Shown piece after piece: positions 21,899 through 33,349 of a stretch of DNA of 64,000 bases. The stretch spans positions 82,582-146,581 of the forward strand of contig JBCAZH010000002.1 in assembly GCA_038533155.1 (NCBI GenBank), written 5' to 3'. The notes below the pieces were generated by a model. It saw only the letters and a list, made by a program, of their open reading frames with translations. It ran no database searches and was not told the origin of the DNA. The position numbers and the translations under genes were made by a program. The stretch comes from Pseudomonadota bacterium (GTDB lineage: Bacteria > Pseudomonadota > Gammaproteobacteria > Steroidobacterales > Woeseiaceae). Each line of letters starts with the position of its first letter. Position 1 is the first letter of the stretch.

Positions 21899-22651
21899 CT
21901 ACGACTCCAGTGCCCGATCCAGCAGATCGGGTTCATCAAGACCGGTGGCGATGGCGTTGCGGACTTCGGTCATCAATTGCTCCGCCGGGCGGCTCGCGAC
22001 CGCATGTGCATCGACGATGGGCAACACGTCAACTGCGATCCGACCGGGATGCGGCAGCCAACGATCCGCGGGTAGGATCTGGCGAGTCCCTTGGATCACG
22101 AGAGGTACCACCGGCAGTCCAACAGAGCGTGCCACCGCAAAGGCGCCTTTGCGGAACCGGCGCAATCCGGGCACTTCCGTAAACGTGCCTTCCGGAAAGA
22201 AGCCGATCGGCCGACCTTTTTCGGCGGCTCGTATCACTTGTCGGGTAGAGCGTGCGCTGCGTTGCACGTGCTCTCTTTCGACAAAGAACTGCCCGATCCG
22301 GCGGAGCACGAAGCCGGCCACCGGCACATGTTGCATCTCATCTTTGATGACGAACGAAAACCCATTCGGTAGATACGCAAACAGCAGGACCCCGTCCAAG
22401 TAGCTTGCATGGTTAGCGACGACAACACACGGGCCTGCAGGCAGAAGATTCCAGCCAGTGCGGCGAGGTCGAGTGCCGGTGAGAACGAACACGGCGCGCG
22501 CGCAAGCGCGAGCTGCGTACTGCCGCCAGCTCAGTTTCGGCAGAACAATGACTAGCGAAAGACACACAACGGCACAGGTCAGAAACACCAACCAGAAGAA
22601 AATGCCGAAAACTGTGTTGAGGATCACACTCATTTTTGTGACGCCGATCAC
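21899..22651 (-). CDS. 1-acyl-sn-glycerol-3-phosphate acyltransferase family protein (PlsC-like)
   Basis: N-terminal TM helix, the NHASYLD (HX4D) motif and the FPEGTF motif. Confidence 0.8.
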   Translation of the reverse strand: MIGVTKMSVILNTVFGIFFWLVFLTCAVVCLSLVIVLPKLSWRQYAARACARAVFVLTGTRPRRTGWNLLPAGPCVVVANHASYLDGVLLFAYLPNGFSFVIKDEMQHVPVAGFVLRRIGQFFVEREHVQRSARSTRQVIRAAEKGRPIGFFPEGTFTEVPGLRRFRKGAFAVARSVGLPVVPLVIQGTRQILPADRWLPHPGRIAVDVLPIVDAHAVASRPAEQLMTEVRNAIATGLDEPDLLDRALES

Positions 22652-22808
22652 TTTATGTTAACGCTCTTGGGTTTCTGTGACCGTGGTCACGGCAGTCGGA
22701 GGGAGTGCTGTGAATACTCTGCGCTGTGGGCCGCGAGCCTTATGGCGGACGGGCGTTGGTTCCAACCAGAAACTCCGGTGATATGACACCAGGACACGCA
22801 GTATACAG

Positions 22809-23747
22809 ATGGCTTTGATGGCGACAAACGACGAGAGTGGCAGCGGCGGCAAATTGGCGGCGGCCGAACAGATCATCGATAAGTTTCTCGATGCGATCTG
22901 GATGGAACGCGGCCTGTCGAAAAACACGCTCGGTGCATACCGTGCTGACCTCATGTCTTTAGCGAAATGGCTGCAGCAGTCCGATGTTGCGGTTGAGCGT
23001 GCGACGAAAGATAACTTGCTCGGCTTCATCAACTGGCGGGTTGAAGAGGGCGCAAAGCCGCGTTCGACGGCACGTCAGCTGTCGAGTTTTCGCCGTTTCT
23101 TCCGTTATTTGACGGCCGAGGGTGTGCGCGAAGACGATCCGACTGTGGACATCGCGATGCCTCGAATCGGGCGCAGCTTGCCTAAGACTCTGACCGAAGA
23201 TGAGGTCGAAGCGCTCTTAGCTGCGCCGAATGTTTCTGAGCCATTGGGTCACCGCGACCGTGCGATGCTGGAGTTGCTCTACGCGACCGGTTTGCGCGTC
23301 ACGGAACTGATTAGTTTGAAACAGTCCCAGGTCAACTTGAACCAGGGCGTGCTGCGGATCGTTGGAAAAGGCGACCGCGAGCGACTCATCCCTCTTGGCG
23401 AGGAATCTCAGCGCTGGCTGCAGGACTTTATCGAGGGGCCGCGGCTCGAAATTCTACTCGAGCGTCAGACCGAGTATCTGTTCCCAACCCGGCGCGGTGA
23501 TCGTATGACGCGTCAGGCGTTCTGGCACATCATCAAGCGCTATGCTCAGAAAGCGAATATTCCCGATGGGCTATCGCCGCATTCTCTGCGACATGCATTT
23601 GCAACACACTTGCTCAACCACGGCGCGGATTTGCGCGTTGTCCAAATGTTGCTTGGTCACAGCGATTTGTCGACGACGCAGATCTACACGCACGTTGCTC
23701 GTGAGCGGATGAAAGAGTTGCACGAGAGGCATCACCCGCGCGGGTGA
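22809..23747 (+). CDS. xerD: Site-specific tyrosine recombinase XerD
   Basis: IDKFLDAIWMERGLSKNTLGAYRADL N-terminus. The C-terminal catalytic residues are in the contexts HSLRHAFATHLL and LLGHSDLSTTQIYTHV. Confidence 0.88.
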   Translation: MALMATNDESGSGGKLAAAEQIIDKFLDAIWMERGLSKNTLGAYRADLMSLAKWLQQSDVAVERATKDNLLGFINWRVEEGAKPRSTARQLSSFRRFFRYLTAEGVREDDPTVDIAMPRIGRSLPKTLTEDEVEALLAAPNVSEPLGHRDRAMLELLYATGLRVTELISLKQSQVNLNQGVLRIVGKGDRERLIPLGEESQRWLQDFIEGPRLEILLERQTEYLFPTRRGDRMTRQAFWHIIKRYAQKANIPDGLSPHSLRHAFATHLLNHGADLRVVQMLLGHSDLSTTQIYTHVARERMKELHERHHPRG

Positions 23748-23878
23748 GGCGAGAGTGGGCGATCGGCCCGTAATATTCTCGGTTGAACCAAGGTCCTGAT
23801 AGATTGTCCACCAACTTGTCGCCGCCGGCGGCAACATGGGATCATTTGCTCATGCGAGTACCTCGGAGCTCAATCAGT

Positions 23879-24628
23879 ATGAAAGCACTCTTAATGTGTG
23901 TGGCGTGGATCGCTGCCGCCACCGCGACGGTCGTCCAGGCCGACTCAGCCCCAACCGAAACCGAACTGAAAGCGGTTCAGGCGCTCGTCCACGAGCGATT
24001 CCCGCGGATCGCGCCCGAGAGCGTGAAACGCTCGGATGTCCCAGGCATGTTCGAGATTCAACAGGGCGTGCTTGTTGCGTACATATCAACCGACGGCAGG
24101 TATCTGGTCCAAGGTAACGTCATCGACTTAGAAACCGACGTCAACATCACCGAGCAAAGCATCGCGACCGGCCGTCGGGACTTCATGTCTGGCCTCGACG
24201 TCGAGGGCATCGTATTCGCGCCACGAGACGCGAAGCACATGGTCACGGTTTTCACGGATATCGATTGCACGTTCTGCCGCAAGCTCCACCGCGAGATCGC
24301 CAGCTACAATGACGCCGGAATCGCGGTGCGCTACTTGATGTACCCACGCAGCGGACCGAATACGCGGTCCTGGGAAAAGGCGGAAGAAGTGTGGTGCGCC
24401 TCGGATCAGCGGGACGCTATGACCCGTGCGAAGAATGATCAAACGCTGCCGTCAGCGGAATGCGATGCCAGCGCGATCAACGATCACTTCCAAGCCGGAT
24501 TGGGTATTGGCTTGTCCGGTACGCCAGCGATCGTGCTGGAAGACGGCACGCTGATTAGCGGTTACTTACCGGCTGCGGAGCTATTGTCGGAAATCGAAGG
24601 TCCGGCCAGCGATAGCGGCGACCGCTAG
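23879..24628 (+). CDS. dsbC: Thiol:disulfide interchange protein DsbC
   Basis: Signal peptide [16 protein letters not shown], an N-terminal dimerisation domain, and a thioredoxin fold with the CTFC active site ([13 protein letters not shown]). The start is trimmed to ATG 23879. Confidence 0.8.
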   Translation: MKALLMCVAWIAAATATVVQADSAPTETELKAVQALVHERFPRIAPESVKRSDVPGMFEIQQGVLVAYISTDGRYLVQGNVIDLETDVNITEQSIATGRRDFMSGLDVEGIVFAPRDAKHMVTVFTDIDCTFCRKLHREIASYNDAGIAVRYLMYPRSGPNTRSWEKAEEVWCASDQRDAMTRAKNDQTLPSAECDASAINDHFQAGLGIGLSGTPAIVLEDGTLISGYLPAAELLSEIEGPASDSGDR

Positions 24629-24948
24629 CGTTCCAGATGCTCGAGTTTGTCGTCGACTTCCTTCCAGTCGTCGGCATCCTCGGGTGGTTCCTTTGCTTCG
24701 GTGATCACAGGCCATTGCGCTGAGAGCTCCGCATTCAGTTCCAGAAACTCTTCCTGGCCTGCCGGGATCTCGTCCTCAGAATAAATTGCCTCGACCGGAC
24801 ATTCGGGCTCACACAGCGTGCAGTCGATGCACTCATCCGGATCGATGACCAGGAAATTTGGGCCTTCATGGAAGCAGTCGACCGGGCATACCTCGACGCA
24901 ATCGGTGTATTTGCATTTAATGCAAGATTGGGTGACAACAAAGGTCAT
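24625..24948 (-). CDS. fdxA: Ferredoxin, FdxA type (two-cluster 7Fe/8Fe family)
   Basis: [55 protein letters not shown] is the canonical Azotobacter-type ferredoxin I cysteine pattern. Confidence 0.9.
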   Translation of the reverse strand: MTFVVTQSCIKCKYTDCVEVCPVDCFHEGPNFLVIDPDECIDCTLCEPECPVEAIYSEDEIPAGQEEFLELNAELSAQWPVITEAKEPPEDADDWKEVDDKLEHLER

Positions 24949-24994
24949 ACTTCAGCGAAACTCCAATGCTTAATGGGTAAAGCGTAGCGCGAAC

Positions 24995-25537
24995 CTAAGC
25001 GGTTTGATAGATCCTGCGCTCGGCCGTGTGCAGGTGCACGCCCCGATCCTGACCGCCGTCTTCAACCCACTTGCGCAGTGCGAACGTGCCGCTGGGAAAC
25101 GCGATTTCGTCCCAGGGGATCTCATCGGGTGTGACCATTTTGCAGTCGAGGCTCTCGGGTCCTGGTGCGAAATCGGAGATGAGCGAGGCGGTGAAGAAAA
25201 CGTGTACCTGGCCGGCATGCGGGACATCTACCGCAGCAAACAGCCGGTGAATCTCGACCTCGGCCATGGCTTCTTCCTGAGTTTCGCGCGCCGCGCCTTC
25301 GGCCATGGATTCTTGGAGCTCCATGAAACCTGCAGGCACAGTCCAATAGCCATGGCGAGGCTCGATCGCGCGCTTGCAGAGCAAGATCTTGCCATCGCGC
25401 TCCGGCACACAGCCCACGACAATCTTCGGATTTTGGTAGTGGATCATCCCGCAGTTCGGACAAACCCACCGCTCGTGGGTATCGCCCTCGGGCACGGCCC
25501 GCTCGACCTTATGTCCGCAGTTGGAACAGAAATTCAT
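24995..25537 (-). CDS. NUDIX hydrolase with N-terminal zinc ribbon
   Basis: CSNCGHKV...CPNCG zinc ribbon, followed by the Nudix box GFMELQESMAEGAARETQEEA. The start is trimmed to MNFCSNCG (ATG complement 25535-25537), because the track extension runs into the tRNA. Confidence 0.8.
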   Translation of the reverse strand: MNFCSNCGHKVERAVPEGDTHERWVCPNCGMIHYQNPKIVVGCVPERDGKILLCKRAIEPRHGYWTVPAGFMELQESMAEGAARETQEEAMAEVEIHRLFAAVDVPHAGQVHVFFTASLISDFAPGPESLDCKMVTPDEIPWDEIAFPSGTFALRKWVEDGGQDRGVHLHTAERRIYQTA

Positions 25538-25595
25538 GTTGTGCTCGCCTTGACCGAGACCAGACTGCACACGGCGAATGTCCCGTTGGGGGATG

Positions 25596-25682
25596 TGGTA
25601 CCAGAGGTCGGACTCGAACCGACACGCTATTGCTAGCAAGGGATTTTGAATCCCTCGTGTCTACCAATTCCACCACTCTGGC
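25596..25682 (-). tRNA. tRNA-Leu (anticodon CAA), 87 nt, type II with long variable arm, encoded CCA
   Basis: Reverse complement reads GCCAGAGTGGTGGAATTGGTAGACACGAGGGATTCAAAATCCCTTGCTAGCAATAGCGTGTCGGTTCGAGTCCGACCTCTGGTACCA. It has an anticodon stem-loop AGGGA-TTCAAAA-TCCCT and a T-arm GTCGG-TTCGAGT-CCGAC, and closely resembles E. coli leuX. Confidence 0.9.
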
Positions 25683-25792
25683 AGTACGTCGCGCAATTCT
25701 AGCGCAAAGCGCGCACGATAGAAGCCCTCGAAGTGCGAAAATTTTTTCTACATCAGTGCGACCTTTTCGGTAGGGCTGGCATCTAAGCAAAC

Positions 25793-26374
25793 ATGAGCAC
25801 CTTTCGCGGCATTGAAATTGATGAAGTCACGCTACGTCGAGCCCAAAAAGGGGACCGTCGCGCAATGTCGGAAATCTGTCGGCGATTTGCGCCCGCGGTG
25901 CTGACACTGTGCTTCCGGATCACTGGCGACCGATCGCTGGCAGATGATCTGACTCAGGAGACGTTCGTTGAGGTCATTCGCGGTCTGCAGCATTTCCGTG
26001 CGGAGTCGAGCCTCGCGACGTGGATTCGCCATATCGCGGTGAGTCGCTGCTTGATGCATCGCCGGCAGGCATGGAGTCGACGCGTGAGCGCATTGCCGGA
26101 ACCCACCGATGTGGCGGACGCGACGAATCTTGCCGCGTCTCATGCCGTTGAACACGACCTGGCGGCGGCACTGCAAGCGCTGCCAGAAGTCCAGCGAACA
26201 GTGGTTTGGCTACATGATGTCGAAGGTTGGACGCACAAGGAAATCGCTGCGGCGACGGGTCGCAGCGTGAGCTTTTCGAAATCAAGTTTATCTCGCGCGC
26301 GGGCGGCGCTTCGCGCGTGGCACGAGCAAATTGAGGAATCCTCGCCCAGGGCACTGCGGCCGGTGGCGAGTTGA
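25793..26374 (+). CDS. RNA polymerase ECF-type sigma-70 factor
   Basis: Region 2 (DLTQETFVEVIRGLQHFR...TWIRHIAVSRCL) and region 4 (VVWLHDVEGWTHKEIAAATGRSVSFSKSSLSRARAAL). Confidence 0.85.
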   Translation: MSTFRGIEIDEVTLRRAQKGDRRAMSEICRRFAPAVLTLCFRITGDRSLADDLTQETFVEVIRGLQHFRAESSLATWIRHIAVSRCLMHRRQAWSRRVSALPEPTDVADATNLAASHAVEHDLAAALQALPEVQRTVVWLHDVEGWTHKEIAAATGRSVSFSKSSLSRARAALRAWHEQIEESSPRALRPVAS

Positions 26375-26383
26375 GGTGGCGAC

Positions 26384-26920
26384 ATGAACGATGCGGATAA
26401 CGAAATGATGGCGAACCAGCTGCGCGAGTTGCCGTTGCTGGAGCCTGACGCTGATCTTCTTGCGCGGTTAGATGAGATCAGTCTCGGCACGGCTGCGCCA
26501 ACGCGGTCTGCCACGCGTCACTGGGGGCTGGCAGCGATGTTACTGGTCGGGGTGGCGGCGGCCTTTGTAGCGCTTCCTAGATGGATGGCGTCCACCGATT
26601 CCGGCACCGAGATTCTCGCCTCTGATTCACCGAATGCGTCCCGCGTCACTAGCGAGCTTAGTGACTTGTCACAGTTAATTGCGCGATCCGCGGTGCTTGA
26701 CGAAGTCAATGCAACCCTCCCAGATCGCCAACGAGTCATGAACGTTCGCGACGCGGGGCGCATTACGGCGATCGAGGACAGAGTCGCTCGGTTGGATATG
26801 GCGCTTTCCAGTCCCGCGGTCGACAGATCGGCACGCGCCGAGTTGCTAAAGCAGCGTGTTGGGTTGATGGACGATCTGGTCGACTTGCGTGCAGGCGTGC
26901 CGGCGCAGCAGTGGTTGTAA
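26384..26920 (+). CDS. Putative single-pass membrane anti-sigma factor (no zinc-binding anti-sigma motif)
   Basis: It starts 9 nt after the ECF sigma stop. It has a cytoplasmic segment of about 45 aa, one TM span (WGLAAMLLVGVAAAFVAL) and a periplasmic tail of about 110 aa. The call is by position and topology only. Confidence 0.45.
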   Translation: MNDADNEMMANQLRELPLLEPDADLLARLDEISLGTAAPTRSATRHWGLAAMLLVGVAAAFVALPRWMASTDSGTEILASDSPNASRVTSELSDLSQLIARSAVLDEVNATLPDRQRVMNVRDAGRITAIEDRVARLDMALSSPAVDRSARAELLKQRVGLMDDLVDLRAGVPAQQWL

Positions 26921-26950
26921 CCACGTTTCACGGATTCTAAGGACACACAA

Positions 26951-27979
26951 ATGAAGATTTTCGGAATGATAGGCCTGATTGCAGGTTCGCTAATAGCCGG
27001 TTCGGCGTTGGCGCAGGATAGCGGTGAGGAAATGCGTGCGAAGGAAATCGAATTGCGCGCCGCCGAAGAACAGTTACGCGATGCCGAGGCGCGATTGGCA
27101 GAGGCGGCCGAGGAGGTGGCGCGTTTGTCGACCCGCGTTCGAGTGGATGCTTTGGGAGCCGGATCACCCAGAACTGTTGTCTTCAACGCGCGATCGCGGC
27201 CACGTCTGGGCGTACAGCTTTCCAATCGACTGCTGAATGGCGACCCTTCGGATGAGGGTTTGGTGATTGCTGGTGTGCTGCCTGGCAGCGTCGCCGAGGC
27301 AGGCGGCATCGAGGCAGGAGACATCCTGCTGGCACTTGGCGACACGTCGTTAAACGATCTTTCAATCGGCCAGGCGTCTCGGGCAATAGAACGCATGCTG
27401 TCGGAGCGAGTCGATGGCGATCTGGTGGTTGCCAAGGTGCAGCGGGCCGGCGATGTGTTGGAGAAATCCTTGGTGCTCGACTCGGATCTTTCGGCCGCGC
27501 TGAGCGACGGGGTGCAGGTATTTACGATGTCACCCGACTCCGAGGATTTCGTATTCACGGTCGACGGCGTTGACGTGTTGGAAGGCCTAGATTTCGAGGC
27601 GCTTGACCAGGACGGCATCATGCAATTCGTCGAAGGTGGGAACGAGCGATTCTGGTTCTTGCAGGGCGACACGCCCTGGGGCGACATGGAACTCACTGAA
27701 CTCAATGAAGGCTTGGGCGAGTACTTCGGTGTTCCAGAGGGATTGCTGGTGGTTGACGTGCCTGCCGACTCAGATTTGGGTTTCAAGGCAGGTGATGTGA
27801 TCCAGAGCATCGGTGGTCGCGCGCCGAGGGACATTGGGCATGCCTTGCGGATTCTGGGTTCGTATGAGCCCGGCGAGACTTTGGATGTAGATATCGTTCG
27901 TCAAAAGCGCCCGCAGACGATAGCGATCGAGATTCCAGAGCGCGAACGTAACTTCCGAATTGAGACCTTTCGACGGTAG
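26951..27979 (+). CDS. Periplasmic tandem-PDZ protein without a protease domain
   Basis: Signal peptide, an Ala/Glu-rich coiled coil (KEIELRAAEEQLRDAEARLAEAAEEVARL), and two PDZ-like segments (GLVIAGVLPGSVAEAGGIEAGDILLALGD and GLLVVDVPADSDLGFKAGDVIQSIGGR). I could not find a His/Asp/Ser trypsin-fold region. Confidence 0.6.
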   Translation: MKIFGMIGLIAGSLIAGSALAQDSGEEMRAKEIELRAAEEQLRDAEARLAEAAEEVARLSTRVRVDALGAGSPRTVVFNARSRPRLGVQLSNRLLNGDPSDEGLVIAGVLPGSVAEAGGIEAGDILLALGDTSLNDLSIGQASRAIERMLSERVDGDLVVAKVQRAGDVLEKSLVLDSDLSAALSDGVQVFTMSPDSEDFVFTVDGVDVLEGLDFEALDQDGIMQFVEGGNERFWFLQGDTPWGDMELTELNEGLGEYFGVPEGLLVVDVPADSDLGFKAGDVIQSIGGRAPRDIGHALRILGSYEPGETLDVDIVRQKRPQTIAIEIPERERNFRIETFRR

Positions 27980-28036
27980 CGCCACGCGGCTGGTGCGACC
28001 AACAAATCACTGCTTGGCGCGTGGGCTGCTGGTAGC

Positions 28037-30228
<2,192 letters not shown>

Positions 30229-30263
30229 TGCGCGCCTTCATTTTCGCTGGTTAGACTCTGGAT

Positions 30264-30596
30264 ATGATGGATTTTCTGATTCCGACCGCCTACGCGCAGG
30301 GCGCGCCGGCGGCTCAGCAAAGCCCCCTGGGTTTTTTCTTACCGATGATCATCCTGTTCGTCGCGTTCTGGTTTCTGCTTATCCGTCCTCAGCAGAAGCG
30401 GCAGAAACAACACCGCGAACTGGTCGAGGCGGTGTCCGCGGGGGATGAAATCATGACCGCTGGTGGTCTGGTTGGAGTTGTACGCGAAACCTCAGAGCAA
30501 TTCGTCACTGTGGAGTTCGCGCCCGACGTTTCACTCAAGGTACAACGAGTATCGATTGCTGCGGTGCTGCCGAAAGGCACCGTCGACGCAGCCTAA
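30264..30596 (+). CDS. yajC: Preprotein translocase subunit YajC
   Basis: 110 aa with FLPMIILFVAFWFLLIRPQQKRQKQHRELV...GDEIMTAGGLVG. Confidence 0.9.
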   Translation: MMDFLIPTAYAQGAPAAQQSPLGFFLPMIILFVAFWFLLIRPQQKRQKQHRELVEAVSAGDEIMTAGGLVGVVRETSEQFVTVEFAPDVSLKVQRVSIAAVLPKGTVDAA

Positions 30597-30604
30597 GGAC
30601 GATC

Positions 30605-32404
30605 ATGAACCGCTATCCGTTGTGGAAGTACCTTTTGGTACTAGCCGTCGTTGCGCTTGGCTTGCTAACCGCGCTGCCGAACTTTTATGGCAGTGCGCCG
30701 GCGCTACAAATTACCAATGCAGACGGCTCGACGATGAGCGATTCCGAGGTTGCACGAATCGAAACCGTGTTGAGCGGCCTGAGCGCGGCACCGAGCGAGG
30801 ACTTCCTTCGCGACGGCAAGCTCTACGCGACGTTTGCCGATATCGACGCCCAATCGACCGCGTTCGAGGAGTTGGCGGCGCTCGGTATCGAGGACCTTGG
30901 GATCGCCAAGACCATCGCGCCGAAACAGCCCGAGTGGCTTCGCACTATGGGTCTTGCGCCCATGAGCTTAGGGCTTGATCTCAGAGGTGGCGTGTATTTG
31001 CTGTACGAGGTCGATCTGGATGAGGCGGTCGTCAATCTCGTCAACGCCTACAAAAGCAACTTTCAAGTGGCGCTGCGCGATGCCGGGATCTCTCACCGGG
31101 TCAATGTCCAAGGCCGGTTTATCATCGTGCAAGTGCGAGATGCATCACAACTCGAGGCGGTCGAAGACCTGATTCGCGATGCAGACCCGAATCTCGTGGT
31201 CACAACCACCGACGCTCGTAGCTTGAGGGTATCATTGAGCGAAACCCAAGTTCGCGAGCGACAAAATTTCGCGATCGAGCAAAACATCACAAGTTTTCGC
31301 AACCGCGTTGATGCGCTGGGCGTGGCGGAGCCGGTGATTCAGCGGCAGGGCTTGAATCGGATCGTGGTGCAGTTGCCGGGAATTCAAAACCCCAACGACG
31401 CCATCCGCATCCTTGGCTCGACCGCCACCTTGGAATTTCGGCTGGTCGACACCAGTGGTAGTGGCTCGCGAGCGAATACGTTCCCGTTCCGGGAAGGCGG
31501 CACGGTGACCCTCAAATCGGAGGTGATCGCTTCGGGCGATCAAATCATCGATGCGAGTGCAGGGTTCAGCGAGGGTCAGCCGAACGTCAACATCCGGCTT
31601 GATGACGTCGGCGGAAAGCGGATGCTGGAGACTACTCAAAAGAACCTTCAGCGACCGATGGCCGTACTGTTCATTGAGAGTGAGCGTATCGGGCCGGATG
31701 AGAACGGCGAGTATCAGACGCGCAAGAAGCGCGAGGTGATCAACCGCGCGAACATCAACGGCGTGTTCTCGACGAATTTTCAGATTACCGGGCTCACGGC
31801 GAACGAAGCACGCGATTTGTCCTTGTTGTTAAAAGCGGGTGCGTTGTCCGCGCCCGTGTATCTCGTAGGACAAGAGACGATCGGACCGAGTACCGGTCAG
31901 CAAAACATCGATCGGGGTTTTAAAGCGATTCAGATAGGTTTTCTCGCGGTCGTATTGTTCATGATCGTGTACTACCGCGTCTTTGGTCTGATCGCCAATA
32001 TGGCGTTGTTGACGAACCTTGTTCTGATCGTCGGTGCGCTGTCGCTGCTGCAGGCGTCACTGACGTTGCCTGGCATCGCCGGGATCGTACTCACGGTCGG
32101 CATGGCGGTCGATGCGAACGTGCTCATTTTCGAACGGATTCGAGAGGAGCTTGCGGGTGGTGCGAGCGTTCAGTCCGCGATCAATTCGGGCTATGAGAAG
32201 GCATTCTCATCCATCGCCGATGCCAACATCACAACGTTCATCGCTGCATTGGTGTTGTTCCTGTTCGGGACCGGCCCCGTCAAGGGTTTCGCCGTGACGT
32301 TGGCATTGGGAATCGCGACCTCGATGTTCACTGCGATCGTCGGAACGCGGGCAGTTGTTAATCTCATTTATGGCGGGCGCAAGCTCGACAAGCTGGCGGT
32401 ATAG
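30605..32404 (+). CDS. secD: Protein translocase subunit SecD
   Basis: 599 aa with an N-terminal TM span, a large periplasmic domain and a C-terminal 5-TM bundle (GIAGIVLTVGMAVDANVLIFERIREE). Conserved yajC-secD-secF order. Confidence 0.93.
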   Translation: MNRYPLWKYLLVLAVVALGLLTALPNFYGSAPALQITNADGSTMSDSEVARIETVLSGLSAAPSEDFLRDGKLYATFADIDAQSTAFEELAALGIEDLGIAKTIAPKQPEWLRTMGLAPMSLGLDLRGGVYLLYEVDLDEAVVNLVNAYKSNFQVALRDAGISHRVNVQGRFIIVQVRDASQLEAVEDLIRDADPNLVVTTTDARSLRVSLSETQVRERQNFAIEQNITSFRNRVDALGVAEPVIQRQGLNRIVVQLPGIQNPNDAIRILGSTATLEFRLVDTSGSGSRANTFPFREGGTVTLKSEVIASGDQIIDASAGFSEGQPNVNIRLDDVGGKRMLETTQKNLQRPMAVLFIESERIGPDENGEYQTRKKREVINRANINGVFSTNFQITGLTANEARDLSLLLKAGALSAPVYLVGQETIGPSTGQQNIDRGFKAIQIGFLAVVLFMIVYYRVFGLIANMALLTNLVLIVGALSLLQASLTLPGIAGIVLTVGMAVDANVLIFERIREELAGGASVQSAINSGYEKAFSSIADANITTFIAALVLFLFGTGPVKGFAVTLALGIATSMFTAIVGTRAVVNLIYGGRKLDKLAV

Positions 32405-32406
32405 GC

Positions 32407-33342
32407 ATGCGAGTCTTATCACGCGAAACACACTTCAAATTTATGGATCGCCGTGGGCTTGCGGCGATCATTTCCGCGGTGCTGGTCATCGCTTCAATCG
32501 CAGCACTCCTCATCAAAGGTCTGAACTTCGGTATCGAATTCACCGGCGGCGTTGAGTTGGAAGCGGGGTTCAGCCAACCGACTGATGTTCAGGAGGTTCG
32601 TGACCGGTTGGAAGCTGCGGGCTTCGAAGACTCACAAGTTCTGTACTTTGGTTCGCGACAGAACATCATGATTCGTATTCCGCCGCGCGACGGCGGCGAT
32701 AGCAACGAACTGCGGGAGTCGATGCTCGATGTGTTGCGACCGCTAGATTCTGAAGTGGCGGCGAATCGCTTCTCTGTCGTGTTCCCGCAGATCGGTGCCG
32801 AGGTGGCGGAGGCGGGGAGCCTCGCCATGATCTTCGTGCTGATCATGATTTTCATGTACATCATGTTCCGATTCCAATGGCGGTTTTCGCTGGGGGCGGT
32901 GGCCGCTCTCGTGCATGATGTCATCCTGACCGTCGGGTTCTTCGCGCTGTTCCAGTTTCAGGTTGATGCTTCAGTGATTGCAGCGGTGCTAGCGGTAGTG
33001 GGTTATTCGCTGAACGATACGGTTGTTGTGTTTGACCGGATTCGGGAGAACTTCTTGAGCCTGCGCGGCGAGTCGCCGGCCGGCGTGATCGACCGTTCGA
33101 TCAATCAGATGCTGGCGCGCACCATTATTACCGGCGTGACCACGCTGCTGGTACTGACCGCGTTGCTGGTACTTGGGGGTGAGGCGGTGCGGTCGTTCTC
33201 GGTCGCGTTGATCTGCGGTATCGTCGTCGGTACCTATTCTTCGATCTACGTGGCCAGTGCCGTCGCCCTTTGGATGGGCGTGAGTGCCAAGGACCTCATG
33301 CCGCCGGAGCCGGATGAGTCAGGACTCGACGACTTGCCGTGA
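32407..33342 (+). CDS. secF: Protein translocase subunit SecF
   Basis: GLNFGIEFTGG...VGYSLNDTVVVFDRIREN motifs. It starts 2 nt after the secD stop. Confidence 0.93.
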   Translation: MRVLSRETHFKFMDRRGLAAIISAVLVIASIAALLIKGLNFGIEFTGGVELEAGFSQPTDVQEVRDRLEAAGFEDSQVLYFGSRQNIMIRIPPRDGGDSNELRESMLDVLRPLDSEVAANRFSVVFPQIGAEVAEAGSLAMIFVLIMIFMYIMFRFQWRFSLGAVAALVHDVILTVGFFALFQFQVDASVIAAVLAVVGYSLNDTVVVFDRIRENFLSLRGESPAGVIDRSINQMLARTIITGVTTLLVLTALLVLGGEAVRSFSVALICGIVVGTYSSIYVASAVALWMGVSAKDLMPPEPDESGLDDLP

Positions 33343-33349
33343 GCGTAGC

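Noticed and set aside
22809-25793. Tyrosine recombinase plus tRNA-Leu as a possible integrative element or genomic island.
   Set aside because: The recombinase has the XerD N-terminal and catalytic signatures and is followed by its usual neighbour dsbC. The genes between it and the tRNA are housekeeping (ferredoxin, NUDIX). I noticed no direct repeat of the tRNA 3' end elsewhere in the window.
26518-27834. A 438-aa minus-strand ORF spanning the putative anti-sigma gene, the spacer and most of the PDZ gene.
   Set aside because: It is antisense to two plus-strand genes that have recognisable domains and tight operon spacing. Its translation is low-complexity Ser/Pro/Thr/Ala-rich, as expected from the complement of GC-rich Asp/Glu/Gly/Ala codons. 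Long stop-free antisense frames are common at this GC content.
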